Assembly (NCBI RefSeq): GCF_037042905.1
Contig: NC_087260.1
Coordinates: 11,160,001-11,224,000, forward strand
Length of the DNA: 64,000 nucleotides
Direction of reading: 5' to 3'
Source of the DNA: Lytechinus pictus
Lineage: Eukaryota
Below the pieces are notes generated by a model. The model was given only the letters and a program-made list of their open reading frames with translations, was not told the DNA's origin and did not search any database. The position numbers and the translations under genes were made by a program. This document shows, in pieces, positions 50,391 through 63,270 of the stretch; the first letter of the stretch is position 1; the number at the start of each line of letters is the position of its first letter.

Positions 50391-50660
50391 TCGGATCCAG
50401 AAATTTTCCTAAGGGAGGGGGGCACATTTTCCTAAGGAAAAATTTGACAAGCAAAAAAAAAAGGTTTTAACTAAAAATTAAGAAAAATTATGGGGATTTT
50501 GTCCACGAAAAAAAAATGACAAGCAAAAAAAAGTGTCTTCACTTTCAAAAGGGGGCACACTTCTGACGGCATTTTTACATTACAAATTTTAATTGTGCCT
50601 CTCAAAGGGGGGGGGGGGGGCACGGGCCGGCTGTGCCCCCCCCCCCCTGGATCCGCCAGT
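50391..50660. mobile_element. hAT-like G-tract MITE (relative of 58352-58556), left end eroded
   Basis: cggatccag ... aaatttgacaagcaaaaa ... ggggcacacttct ... ctggatccgccagt is colinear with the 58352 copy. Confidence 0.7.
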
Positions 50661-52462
50661 TACCTCGTTACCTATCTGGTACCCATATACTGATGCCGAA
50701 TTTTAAAGCCAATGTAAAATGAAAGGAGACTGAAATCCAAGTGATGTTAATGAAAACAAAAAAAAACAGAGAAACAGATATATAGATGAATAAGTTTTGA
50801 TAACCGATTTACGGATTTTTTGTGTGTGTGTTATGATGCAAGCGACCCCTTTTATGTAATATGACATGAAGACAGTGTTATTTTTATTCAGTTGCAAATG
50901 AGTTTATAAATTCAATTTTTTCACCCAGTATATAAAAAGGATTATTCAATCATATTTATCTAAAAAGTATTTGAAATTCATACTGTGGATGCGTGTAGGC
51001 CTATTCACCTATTCCTGTGTGACAGCAATTGTTTTATCGTAATCTATGATGGATTTTCCATGCTGAAAATAAAGGACTATTTTCTCGCAATTTTGTTTTG
51101 TAACATCACCCTAACGTCATTGTGTAGGATTTGCCGGAGGATTCGCATTTCATGAACACTCTTCGTACGAGAAAAACGTTAATGGATCCGTCCGAACAAA
51201 AGAGGGCAGTCGTTAATTTATCAAGAAACTGTAAAATTGAAGTTCTTTCAACCAGACGTTTGCTCCTGTTTATGTACATTGCTAATGCGAAGGCATAATT
51301 GATTTCTATTTGCCGGGCAGAAAAAAAATTAAACAAACTTTTGGAAGTAGTCCTATACTTTTCTGGCTATCATTCAGAGAAAAATATAAATTGCGAGTGA
51401 AAACATTTCTGTTTGGGAGGTTTGGGGTGGCTTGTCGTTATAATGTGAAGAGCAAGTATGACAAATTTTCAAGGGATATTAGTAGCTCATTTTTGTTTCA
51501 GTTTACGCAACAGTGAAATAAGCGATGACCTTTTTTGCATTATTGTTACTTTTTTGCTTGTCAAATTTCATTTTTGGGGGAGACGAAATGACCTTCATCA
51601 TTTTTGATTGATTTTTTTAAAAATCCGAACCCTGGACCCAAACCGTTGTATAGGCCTATAATGACCTGAATTTCTTTTTTTTTAAATCTTTTAATAATCA
51701 GTTTTATATAATGACCTGAATTTTTTTTTTTAGATTCAATTTTCTTCTTCCTCCTATCCTTCTTCCCGTTTCCCTTCCTCTTTTTTTTTTGGGGGGGGGG
51801 GGGCGCCAATGGAGGGGAAGGGGTCGCTTCGGCCCCCTGGATCCGCCTATGATTGAGGAAAGCAGTTGGTAATCAATAATTTTATTGTGTATGCATTTAT
51901 CTGAAGAAAATATATGCATAGTTCACCAGATAGGCGTAAAATGTTGTTACTTTCATAAACCCCAAATCAGAAACTTGTATCGGTCGGTCGGTTTCTTTTC
52001 TTTTTCCTCTTTTTTTTTGTTAATACCTTTGCTGCTATGCAGGGCCATGGGAACGATTTTATGACTCGTGGTGCTGATGTAAATTTGAAAGCAAAGCAAA
52101 GAAAAAAAATCTTTTATACATCTTCCAGAATACCTATGGAGAGTAATACACGATGCATCCCGCCCAAGGATTTTTTTTTTTTTGGGGGGGGGGGGGTGCA
52201 CCCCCGCTGCTGCTTTGCTGCAAAGAGAACATCGCGTATATGGGATGATTAATTTTTATAACATGCAGTCAATCATTGTCAAAACGCTTATTAAGTACTT
52301 TTAAAGCCATTGAATACACATTAATTTTTTCCCTAAATCTGATATTTTCTAACTAAATTATTGCATTGTATATTAGGGGCCAGCTAAAAAAAAATGAATA
52401 GTGAACCTGTTTTTTCGCATTTTATACGGTCGGGCGGATGAGGGAAACACAACATTTGTTAA

Positions 52463-53046
52463 AGGAGAATGAAACCCTTGAAACCAGCTGAATCCATATC
52501 AAAGAGAAAAATCAAAGAAACATATTGTTGAAAGTTTGAGGAAGATTGAATGAATAATAAGAAAGTTATGAGCATTTGAATATTGAGATCACTAATGCCA
52601 TGTAGATCCTCCCATTGGCAATGCGACCAAGATCTGTGATGTCACACACGTACAACTCCCTCATTACTTTAGTACTTATTTCATTTATATTCTCACTTTT
52701 ATAGAGTCTATCACAAGGTGAGGTGTTCTTTTTATGAGAGGACAAGTACAGAGGTTTCACAACATTATATCATTGATGAATCGTTTGTCATATGATTAGA
52801 ATGAGCAAAAAGAGATGTTTTGGGGTATATTTTCAGTGTCCAAAAGGGGAGAGTTGTTCATCTGTGACATCATAGATCTTGGTAGCATTGCCAATGGGAG
52901 GATCTCCATAGAATTAGTGATCTCGACATTCAAATGCTCATAACTCTTCTATTGCTAGTCCTATTTTACTCAAACTTTTGTTGATCTTATTCTTTGATTT
53001 TTCTGCTTTCACAAAAGCTAACTTGCTCCAAGAGTTTCATTCTCCT
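52463..53046. mobile_element. TTAA-flanked MITE (family B), inverted copy of 5100-5688
   Basis: ttaa|aggagaatgaaaccc ... agtttcattctcct|ttaa. Confidence 0.9.
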
Positions 53047-53531
53047 TTAAAGCCCTATGATAACACAATAATAGATCTGTATCTTGAATCGGCGGCTATT
53101 TTGATCGACATTCAACTCTGCAGCATCACCTCATAAATCTAACATGATCTAATTGGCATTATTGCCAAAAAGAATACAAAAGCATCAAATTTACGCGAAG
53201 TTTTCGGCTTTCGCTGAATTAAATGTTTTATGGGGACATTATTCATATGATTTAGGCAAGGGCGTAGGCTGGGGTGTACTGGTCTGGGTGCACCCTCCCG
53301 CTGAGGCACAGGAGTTCCGACACTGGCAAGCAAATCGAAATTTGTACCCTTTCTTCTGCTTTCACCAGATGCTGATTTTCCAAACTATAGTTCCACCTCC
53401 CCTGAGATGTATACAGTGCACCGGCAGCACCGCCATATACCACTTTAGTTTCACCTCCCCATGCAGGATGTGCATCTCCCCATGACATGCTTAAACCAGC
53501 CTACACCCTTGATAGGGACCAAATCATTTAA

Positions 53532-54129
53532 AGGGATGGTCCAGGCTGGAAATATTTATATCTCAATAAATAGAGTAAAATTTACAAAGAAAATGCTGAA
53601 AATTTGATCAAAATCGGATAACAATTAATAACAAATCTATTGAAGTTTAAAGATTAGCATTATTCCAGTAAAACAGTTCTAGGCATGTCTTTGTGAATAT
53701 TTATTAGGTGGGCTGATGATGTCATATCCCCATTGTTATTTTGTATTTTATTACATGAAATTAGGTTTATTCAAAAAAAATTCTACCTAGAACGAAAACA
53801 ATTGGATTGACAGCTGATTAAGTGCATTAGTTATTTATTGCCGCAACTTATTTTATCATAATGGAGACACATCATTTACACTTGTATGAAAAAATGAAAC
53901 ATTTATGATTTCATGTAATAACATAAGAAAAAAGAAAGTGGAGATGTGACATCATCAGCCAACCTAATGAATATTCATGACGATGTGCTGTTTTCACAAA
54001 ATATTGATAAAATTTAAAATTCAATAACTTAGATACTTGTTATCCGATTTTGATGAAATTTTCAGCATTTTGCTTTGTGAATTTACTCTATTTATTTAGA
54101 TGTAAATATTTTCAGCCTGGACCATCCCT
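53532..54129. mobile_element. TTAA-flanked MITE (family D)
   Basis: ttaa|agggatggtccaggctg ... cagcctggaccatccct|ttaa, with imperfect TIRs of roughly 200 bp. Confidence 0.9.
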
Positions 54130-54340
54130 TTAAGTTTTACCCACGACGTAGTGATATAGTTGATATTTATAACGAAATAAATGAAATGAAATGAAATAGT
54201 TCAGTGGTTTTACCCCCGGTATTTATCCTACCCTCAACCACTGATCTCTCCCCTAGAGATCAGTGCCCTCAACTCGCTGGGCCGGTGTTGCTGCCCTCTA
54301 CGTTCATTCGCTATAACCTTCAAATAGAATTGTGTGCCAT

Positions 54341-54605
54341 TTCTGTTTCTGTTTCTGTTTATGGTAACTCCCGCAGGAACTCGGCAGGACAGCATTTTGC
54401 TGGTAAACGCCAAGCTGGTATATAACCAATTACCTAGGAAACGTTTTACGTCTAGGTTAATCAGTCATAGTGGCTGACGTTATAGACGACAGATATCGCT
54501 CTCGGGCCTTTTTATCAAAGTGGAGACAATGTCAGAGTTGGGATTCGAACTCACAACCTTGCGATTATGAGTCCAATGCTCTAACCACTGGACCACACGA
54601 CCCCC
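54341..54605 (-). mobile_element. tRNA-derived SINE, same family as 10026-10290
   Basis: Nearly identical to 10026-10290 over about 260 bp. Confidence 0.87.
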
Positions 54606-54899
54606 TATGTCATGGTTACTAGTCATGACCCCTTCATGACATGATTTACCAGGAATAAACACCACCATCTTCTTTTTACCATGATCACAGGAATATATTC
54701 ATTTACTATGTTCTTGCATCCATCATGCATCGCGGAACAAAAGCTCCCAATTTCAATGTAATTTCGTCATGGTAAAAAGGGTAACAAAAAACACCAACAT
54801 TTTTCCAACTACGGTGACGCGTCATCTTTTTTTTTAAATAAACGACCGCACATTTTGTCGGTTATATTGATATCGGTACTATTATTCACATTTTGACGT

Positions 54900-55090
54900 A
54901 CCGTGGCCGAATTCTAACGCGCCTGGCTATACATTGAAAGTCCGGGGTTCGATCCCCGGCCACTGCACCTATGCCCGTGAGCAAGGCATTTAATCTACAA
55001 TGCTCTTTTATCCTGCTTTCAAATAAATGGAAATGCTATATGCATTATTGGTAACTAGGTGTGCACTTGTTTAAAAAACAACAACAAACA
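54900..55090 (+). mobile_element. Probable tRNA-derived SINE
   Basis: cgtggccga...ggggttcgatccccggcc (B box), gcccgtgagcaaggcattta core, and an A/AAC-rich tail. Confidence 0.6.
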
Positions 55091-55654
55091 TTTGACACCA
55101 ATCAACAATGTATGTTTTTTTCTCTTTTTTTCACGGCAAATAATGTTAATGAGCCAATCTAAAATATACACCGACAAATATGTCCCAATAATGACCTTAC
55201 CCGTCAGATTTCTGCTTTGACAGATAACTTTGGGTTAAGGTATTCGAAATGCCGGGGCGGATTATGGATTTCGGGGGGGGGGGGCATTTAACAAAAACGG
55301 TCCTCCCGATTGATGGTGACTTATGTCAACAAAAATTTGACAAGCAAAAAAAGAAGAGGAAAGAAACGAAAAAAAGTCTTCACTCGTTCACTCGCGTATA
55401 CTCTTTTTCACCGAGAAATATTTTTATGGCTCTTATCGGGGGGGGGGGGGGTGGCTGGGTCAGTGCCCCCACCTGGATCCACCACAGCTTCAAAGTGCCA
55501 TCCATTGTCAAGTCAACATCCCTTAGAGAAGATTATGAGATAAATTCATGGGTGTCGATTTGTGTTGTGAATCTATAATTTTGTTCAAAGGGGGGGGGGG
55601 GTGATCTATTGTTTCATCCCCCACTTGAATAGTATGACGTCACGGATCGATACC

Positions 55655-56900
55655 AGTGGATAACATGATCTCGGATCTAGTCATTGTGGGAGAGATGATG
55701 GATCTTGTTATGTCTACATCCTGTGGGAGACATGACCAGATCAAAAGATTTTGGATCCAGACATTTCTACACCCAGTGGGAGAGAGGATCAGATGACAAG
55801 ATTTTGGATCTAGACATGTCTACATCCTGTGGGAGACATGACCAGATGAAAAGATTTTGGATCTAGACATTTCTACACCCAGTGGGAGAGAGGATCAGAT
55901 GACAAGATGTTGGATCTAGACATGTCTACATCTTGTGGGAGACATGACCAGATGAAAAGATGTTGGATCTAGACATGTCTACATCCTGTGGGAGACATGA
56001 CCAGATGAAAAGATTTTGGATCTAGACATGTCTATGCCTACATTATGTGGGAGAGAGGATCAGATGACAAGATCTTGGATCTAGACATGTCTACATCATG
56101 TGGGAGACATGACCAGATGAAAAGATTTTGGATCTAGACATGTCTAGGCCTACATTATGTGGGAGAGATGATCAGATGACAAGATCTTGGATCTAGACAT
56201 GTCTACATCATGTGGGAGACATGACCAGATTGAAAGATTTTGGATCTAGACATTTTTTTTCTGTGGGAGAGAAGATCAGATGACAGGATCTTGGATCTAG
56301 ACATGTCTAGGCCTACATCCTGTGGGAGAGATGATCAGATGACAAGATATTGGATCTCATTATGTCGACATCCCGTGGGAGAGATGATGATATGACGTGA
56401 TCTTAGATCTCGTCATGTATACATCCCATGCGAGAGAAAACCAGGGGAGCGTTTCATGAAAGGACTTGTCGGACGTTTTATCCGACAATTCATCTTTTAA
56501 TTATCCGACAGTTACCATAGGAACAGAAACTCTTAGCCAATCAAAATCAAGGAAAGTATCTGATAACTTGTCGACCAAAAATGTTGATGAGACGCTTCCC
56601 AGATGACAAGATGAAAAAATCTCGGATCTCGTGTTTACATCCTGTGGGAGAGATGATCAGATGACAAGATCTTGGGTCTCGTCATGCCTTCATCCTGTGG
56701 GAGAGATGATCAGAAGACATGATCTGGGATCTGGTCTTGTTTACATCTCGTAGAAAGGATAATGAGAGGAAAAGAACTCGGATCTCGTCATGTCTAAATC
56801 CTGTGCACAAGAGTTGTTCAGATGCCATGATTTTTTTTATCTTGTCTCGTCTACTTCCCCTACGTGGTAGATAATTATAATGACAAGATCTTGGATCCAT
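55655..56900 (+). repeat. Minisatellite of about 52 bp with alternating variants
   Basis: tgtgggaga[catgaccagatgaaaag | gaggatcagatgacaag]at.ttggatctagacatgtctacatc repeated. Homogeneous from 55720 to 56350 and degenerate at the edges. Confidence 0.92.
56445..56599. mobile_element. 155-bp MITE inserted in the minisatellite, CAG TSD
   Basis: cag|gggagcgtttcat ... atgagacgcttcc|cag. Removing it restores ccagatgacaag. Confidence 0.75.
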
Positions 56901-57006
56901 GATCTCGCCATCATTCTGCTCATCTCTTCTAAAAGATGAAGGCATGATGATAATTATCCAAGATATATCACTTCTTCCACTGGATGTAGACATGACGAGA
57001 TCCAAG

Positions 57007-57229
57007 CATGTTGTCTGATCACTCAAATAAGAGGATGCAGACATGGGATCTGAGATCTCGTCATGTTGTCTGATCACTCAAATAAGAGGATGCAGACATG
57101 GGATCTGAGATCTCGTCATGTTGTCTGATCACTCAAATAAGAGGATGCAGACATGGGATCTGAGATCTCGTCATGTTGTCTGATCACTCAAATAAGAGGA
57201 TGCAGACATGGGATCTGAGATCTCGTCAT
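57007..57229 (-). repeat. Perfect 55-bp tandem repeat (4 copies), inverted relative of the 52-bp array
   Basis: catgttgtctgatcactcaaataagaggatgcagacatgggatctgagatctcgt at 57007, 57062, 57117 and 57172. Confidence 0.95.
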
Positions 57230-57559
57230 TTGATTATTCTTTTTCCTAAGGGTTGTTAGGCGTAGTGAAATGATTATCTGAACATCTTTTAAGCTTCCAC
57301 ATCGAAAATTCTGCTTTTTTTTTTATCATGCCTATACACAGTGCAACATGGGATTTCTTGCATCAATGGCAAAACGCTTGATTGGTTATTTCTTCTTTTC
57401 TGCGCTCCAAACTTCATCTCTAATCGCATCTCCAACCTGTAATGTACGACCAATCGATAAATTATTCGTGACCATTACATTAATCAATCGAAAACGTACA
57501 CAGAAATTACAATAAATTGCAAATATCGATTGTGTCTCCTGATTTTAAACACCCCAGTT

Positions 57560-57619
57560 CAGTGGCGTACCTAGGATTTTCCACAGGGGGGGCAAAATCG
57601 GCCGCCAAAAAATTTGACA

Positions 57620-57650
<31 letters not shown>

Positions 57651-57906
57651 CAAGGTCTTCAATAAAAAAATTAAGGTTTCCGTACCAGGAAAAAATTTGA
57701 CAAGCAAAAAAAAAAAAAAAAAAGCTCATCAGGGGGGGGGAGGGCAATAAAGGTCTTCAAGCTCGTCAGGGGGGGGGGGCAAAAAGAGTCTTTTAAGCTC
57801 GTCAGGGGGGGGGGCAGGTATGTGTCTTTTGTATGGGTTGTGGCTCGTCAGGGGGGGGGGGCAGAGTGCCCCCCCTGCCCCCCCCCCCCCCGTAGGTACG
57901 CTAGTG
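57560..57906. mobile_element. hAT-like MITE with 8-bp TSD
   Basis: ccccagtt|cagtggcgtacc ... ggtacgctagtg|ccccagtt. Confidence 0.88.
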
Positions 57907-58351
57907 CCCCAGTTGTATCTAATAATCGGCTATTACGAAATCGTCGGAAATAGGTTGTTCTGGCTGTAAAAAGATATTTCGTGTTTTCAGGCGCGCCGGA
58001 ACACTTCCAATTTTGAGGGAGCTACATCTTGAAAGAGGGGGGGGGGGCAGCACAATTTTGTTTGACGATGGGATATCAAAGCGACTGAACGGATGTGGGA
58101 GGGGATGTGATCCAGCTTTCACCAATAAGGGGGGGGGGGGGAGTAACAAAATATTTTTTCATCCACATTTTCTTCATTCAGTTATGAAATTGTCAATTTC
58201 AGACAAAATAAGTGTCTTTATTGTTTGATTTGTCTTTAAATTATTGATTACTTTTAACTTTTGAAGGGGCAAACAATTGTTTTGTCACCCCTATTTTATT
58301 TGGGGACAAGTGCGTCTTCTGCGTCCTCCCCCGGCCAATGTGTGTTTTATG

Positions 58352-58556
58352 CAGGGGCGGATCCAGGATTTTCCAAAGGGGGGGGAACAAAGATATTTCG
58401 TCCCCGAAAAAAATTGACAAGCAAGCAAGCAAAAAAAAATGGGGAGGGGGGCACACTTCTATTTCAAACGGCATTTTTACATTATAAATCTTAATTTTGC
58501 TTCTCAAAGGGGGGGGGGGGGGGCACTGGCCGGCTGTGCCTCTGGATCCGCCAGTG
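58352..58556. mobile_element. hAT-like MITE with 8-bp TSD
   Basis: gttttatg|caggggcggatccag ... ctggatccgccagtg|gttttatg. Confidence 0.88.
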
Positions 58557-59912
58557 GTTTTATGTCCCCCTTTTTCGAAGAGATGCAAATGGGGAGAACA
58601 ATAAATAAGTTTCAAAATAATGAAAGAGGTTAATGAAGACTGATATGAGAAGGAATAACGGGTTGAAAGAAAAGGGAGCTTATCCTAGGGGAAAATATAA
58701 TTTTAGAACATTATATTTTTCTATTCGTTATAATTATCTGTTTGCCTGCTGTTGCTACGCCTACGCATACGGTAGCTTTCCATAATTTATGATGATGATA
58801 AAAAATAACAACGGCATATTTACCCAGGGTAGCGACTTCAAAACTGCTCTCCCAGCAGGTCCTGCTCTTATTTACAATCTAAAACAAGACAATAATGACA
58901 ATAGCGAGTTGAATTCCAATACCATTGTGGATATCAGCAAAGTGAATGAAACCATCATTTTTCACTGCAATATCAAGCGTTACCTTTTATTCATGTGAGC
59001 ACTCATCACGTCACGCCAATATAGAACATTCAATTAGCCCTGTTCCGTTGGTTGAATCAGGGCTGGAGGTAGAAAGAAATTCGATCAACCTTTATTATTC
59101 ACGTGCAGTGATAGATATGGTCTACTCGGGATTTTTACCCGGCTGGGATTCAATTCAATTCAATTTATTAGGTCAATAAGGAAATTTGTTCTGGGATTTA
59201 GGCCTACAAATTAAACATACAGGCCTACATGATAACATTAAAAAATAGGGAGGCAGCGTACCTCAGTCGGTTATGGCGCCTATTTCGTATAAGATCGGGG
59301 ATAGATCTCAACGTGAGGGGTTAAAAAACTGATGCTTTAAGCATCGTGTGTAGACGTGCCTCACCACTGTATTCAGTGCAGGTGTGAAAGCAGTGTTCCT
59401 TGAGGGATGACATTATTGCATTGTTGACATCCTGGGCCGTGGAAATTCATATACCAGTTGGCAAAAGGGAGGATAGGGGAGAAAAAGAAAAATAGAGAAA
59501 GAGAGAAAGAAAGAAAGAAAGAAAGAAGAAGAGAAAGAAAGAATGGAATAAAAAAAGAAAAAAAGAAAAAAAAAAAAAAGCCTCATAGAGGTAATACATT
59601 CGAAGAAGGCTATTTAATGTAGACTTATAGAGTAAAGACTACCATGCAGTTCGCAAATCCAAGTCCATGTAGGCAGGCTTAATAGGGCCTGACCAGTCAG
59701 CAAAATACAAAAGACAAAAAAGAGGGAGCTATAAAATACAAAGTAAGCCCCCCCCCCCCCAAAAAAAAAGAGGTTATGAGTTTGCAAATTATACCACAAT
59801 TATTGACAATTTGACCTTCATACTAGTTTAGCAAAATGAGGAGAGGCATAGGTAAAGAATGTGGGGGTGGGGCGAATTTCTAAAGTTGAAGTTAAATAAT
59901 TAAAGCCATAGT

Positions 59913-60027
59913 CAGTGGCGGACCGTGACACGGAGGAGGCAAAGGCATTGGAGGGGCACAGCATTGTTCACAAACAATTCAGTGCCCCTCCAATGCTTTG
60001 TCTCCTCCGGGTCACGGTCCGCCACTG
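59913..60027. mobile_element. 115-bp hairpin hAT-like MITE with 8-bp TSD
   Basis: gccatagt|cagtggcggaccgtgac...gcattggaggggcac / gtgcccctccaatgc...gtcacggtccgccactg|gccatagt. Confidence 0.92.
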
Positions 60028-60909
60028 GCCATAGTATAGTTGGCAAGTCATGGAGTATTTAAGTGGCAAAACACTGTAGGCTCTACTAGTCGGTAAAGTG
60101 CTGTACAATTACTGGCCAGTCGGCAAACTTCAGATCTGAAAAGAACAGAACGCAAGACTTAAAGACTGGTAGCTCATGTTCAGCCGTGTAATCTGCAGTT
60201 GGCAAATTCATGACGACAAGTCAACAAGTTTGCAGTTGGCAAAAACACAAAACATGTCCTAAGTTAATAGTAGGATAACATTTTAAACTATATTTAGCCG
60301 GTTTTTAATTTTATGGAGTCAGAATGTGCTTGGGGTTGGGATGGGTGGGAGTTGGGATAGGTTTGGGTTGCAGTCAAGTCATTGGTGCAATCCAGGCTTC
60401 CAACGTGCTGTTTGAAAGCATTTTATCCCCAGAACAGTCATAAAAATAAATCCACTATACAAAATCAAATTTAGTATGTTAAAATCATGTTTAAACATAC
60501 TCAGAATAATGTTTTCCCATAATTAGTCATTATGAAACGACACCATGCTTTCCCCATCATCAATAGAGTCTGGTACTATATTTAGCTAGCCTCCATGCTG
60601 CCAATTACCTGCCTTGATTCATCTTAATAGTTACTGTTAATATTGTTTGATTGTGATCTTGAAAGTTGAAACAGGTTTGCAGGGACGGCAGAATCGACGG
60701 GGGTGGGCAGGGGCACTTACCGGCCAGAAATTGCTCAAAGGAAAAAAAAAAAATCATTTTTTTTAATGGAAAGTGTCCTTTTTTCAAAACCAAATATTAC
60801 CTTTTTCAACTAATTACCCTTTTAGAAGTAAAAAAAAAAATCTAGGTTAGAAAATCACTATTTCATCAGTTATTGTTTACTAAGGTACTCACTCCGTCTT
60901 TGGTTACCA

Positions 60910-61670
60910 CATGGACCTATGAAAAGATGGACGATTAACGCGAGCATTTCTTTGATCCAATGATAGTCACCGTCACCTGGTTGTGCGCATCTTAATGAGA
61001 ACATACATGTGTTGTAACAATAGCAATTACCATAGCAACTACCAAGGCGTATCTGATCACTCAAAGAGTGATCTTGATCAAGCGGTCTTGATTTTTGTTG
61101 GCTGATACCCTGTTTCAGCATGTGCCTCTCAGTCAACATGCTTCATATGTAGAGCAGCAAACTTGAGAAGCAGACGATTTTATGATATAAAATATGATAT
61201 TATTCGATCCGCTAACTACCGCTCACACATAAGGACCTCATTAACATTGAGAGATACACGATCTATACATGTTATGTTTAACGTATATCTGGAAAATTAT
61301 GGAGAAACCTGGGAAAATTTAATTTAAAATGGTAAACAATCAATCACAATATTGCCTCTATATTAAAATATGCAGACATTTCCCCAAATAAAACACATGG
61401 AACTAAGATTAACAAAGGTAAACAAAAACTGCACATCGATTTTCCATTATTTCATTGATTTGTTATCAACTGCGCATACAATTTGTGAAATATAAATCTC
61501 CAATCACGAACTGCTTCATTCCCTTCTCACGGTGACGATCATAGGACCAAAGAAGTATAGTATGAAGTATGAACTAGTATGAAGAGAATGCTATTCAGAT
61601 GACAATTACAGTCACCTGTTAGTGAATTTATTATCTAAGCGATGAATGTCCATCTCTTCATAGGTCCATG
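60910..61670. mobile_element. Non-autonomous TIR element with CAT...ATG termini (P-element-like)
   Basis: catggacctatgaaaagatggac / gtccatctcttcataggtccatg. Flanks gttacca and gttacaa form an imperfect 7-bp duplication. Confidence 0.7.
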
Positions 61671-63074
61671 GTTACAAATATGCTTAGAATGTCGGATGTC
61701 CAGTTTTCAGGTTAGAATATCACATATTTTTGGCTCGCATCAATTATTGTTTAATAAGGTACTCATTTTTTTCTTGGTTACAAAAACTGCTGAGAATGTC
61801 CAGTTTTCAGGTAGGAATATCACAGATTTTCAGCTCGCGTTTCGCGCTTGCATTATTCGATTGGTGAGATGTATATCCTATTAATCAGTTACTAAATGCA
61901 GTCCTTAACAGGTCCCTTTTCTGGTCAGTATATCAAAAATTTCAGCTCGCGCCCGCAATTTTTGATTGGTGAGATATGTATCCTATTAATCAGTCACTAA
62001 ATGCAATCCTTATCAGGTCCCTTTTCTGGTCAGTATGTTAAAAGTTTCAGCTAGCTCGAGCTTCGCGGTCGCATCTTTAGTTAGATACAAAACTTCTTCA
62101 TAATAACAAAACCTGCTTGGAATGTTTAATTTTCATGTCTTATTAAATGAAATGTCAAAAAGTTTGAGATTGCGATTCGCGCTCGCAACATCTCGCGAGC
62201 CGGGATGCCCTTTTAACAGTAGGCCTAATTACCAAAAAGCGAGTTTCACAACTTCAGGTTTGAAAGTTTTTTTCCAAAAAATAAAGCCCAGGCCTAAATA
62301 TATATTTTATCATCAGAAATCACTTTAAAAGGGCTTTGCTCAATTACTACAAAGCACGCAACTACTTCACACAAATGATAATCTCATGGTCAAAATATCC
62401 GTTTGCACCAAAATGCCAACCTGAGCAACCTCAGATACGGTAGCGGATCAAACAAAAATTTGTGGAGCTATATTTTCTGACGACTACCTGCAAGTTATAG
62501 AAACTAAGGCACAGCGGCCTGTCTATTATCCAAAATGTGTATTTTTTACAGTGCAAATATCTTTAAATCTTAAAAAAAAATCTTTTAGCATCTGAGGGGG
62601 GGGGGGGGGGTGGGGGGCACATCCCCCATCAGGCTCCCCCGTTGATTTTATATGAATATTTTTTTTATTATATTACGTACGGGTCTAAAGGGGATTCCAG
62701 AAATTGCGGGATCCCATCAGTGGTGTGCGTCCTAATTTTTTGGCGCAATACAAAATTTACATCACTGCACTTTTTGAATGGACGCAATTGTTGGTCGGCC
62801 TGTGTATATATAGGAGAGTCACATCCAAAGGTCACATCCAAAACGCACGTTAAAACCAAAACACGTATACAGTACTCGGCCAAGAGCAGGGTGTTCACCC
62901 GCCCGATGTATTGTACTTGCCAGCTAGTCCCGGCAAAAATTCAGGTCAAGTCAATCTTGACGTGTATTTGTCATAATAATCATTATAATGATTGTAGGCA
63001 TTAACGAAAAGACAAGACAGACATGACAGATAAAAAAATATATATGTACCTGCGCCTAGGATGCTGAAGTGAAA

Positions 63075-63270
63075 ATGCTGACTTGTGCTACCTTCCGAAA
63101 TGTCGATGCCTTGAAATCGACCTCGGCGTTGTTTCTGCAGACCTGCTATGCCTTAGGAACGATCAAGTCTATCGGAGTCTATCTACCGGTCCTGGAACGG
63201 GATTTAGGACTTACCTCGACAGGTATCGGCATCTGTCTTGGTTTATTCAACGCGTTTGCATATGGTCCAG
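63075..63270 (+). CDS. Probable first coding exon of an MFS transporter, monocarboxylate transporter (SLC16)-like
   Basis: MLTCATF...LFLQTCYALGTIKSIGVYLPVLERDLGLTSTGIGICLGLFNAFAYGP resembles TM1-loop-TM2 of MCTs (GxxKSxGV). It ends at a phase-1 cag|gtgagt donor. A possible acceptor lies at 63059 (cctag). Downstream exons are outside the window. Confidence 0.72.

Noticed and set aside
55655-57229. Regular repeats resembling a CRISPR array
   Set aside because: There are no unique spacers and no cas genes, and the context is eukaryotic. It is a tandem minisatellite.
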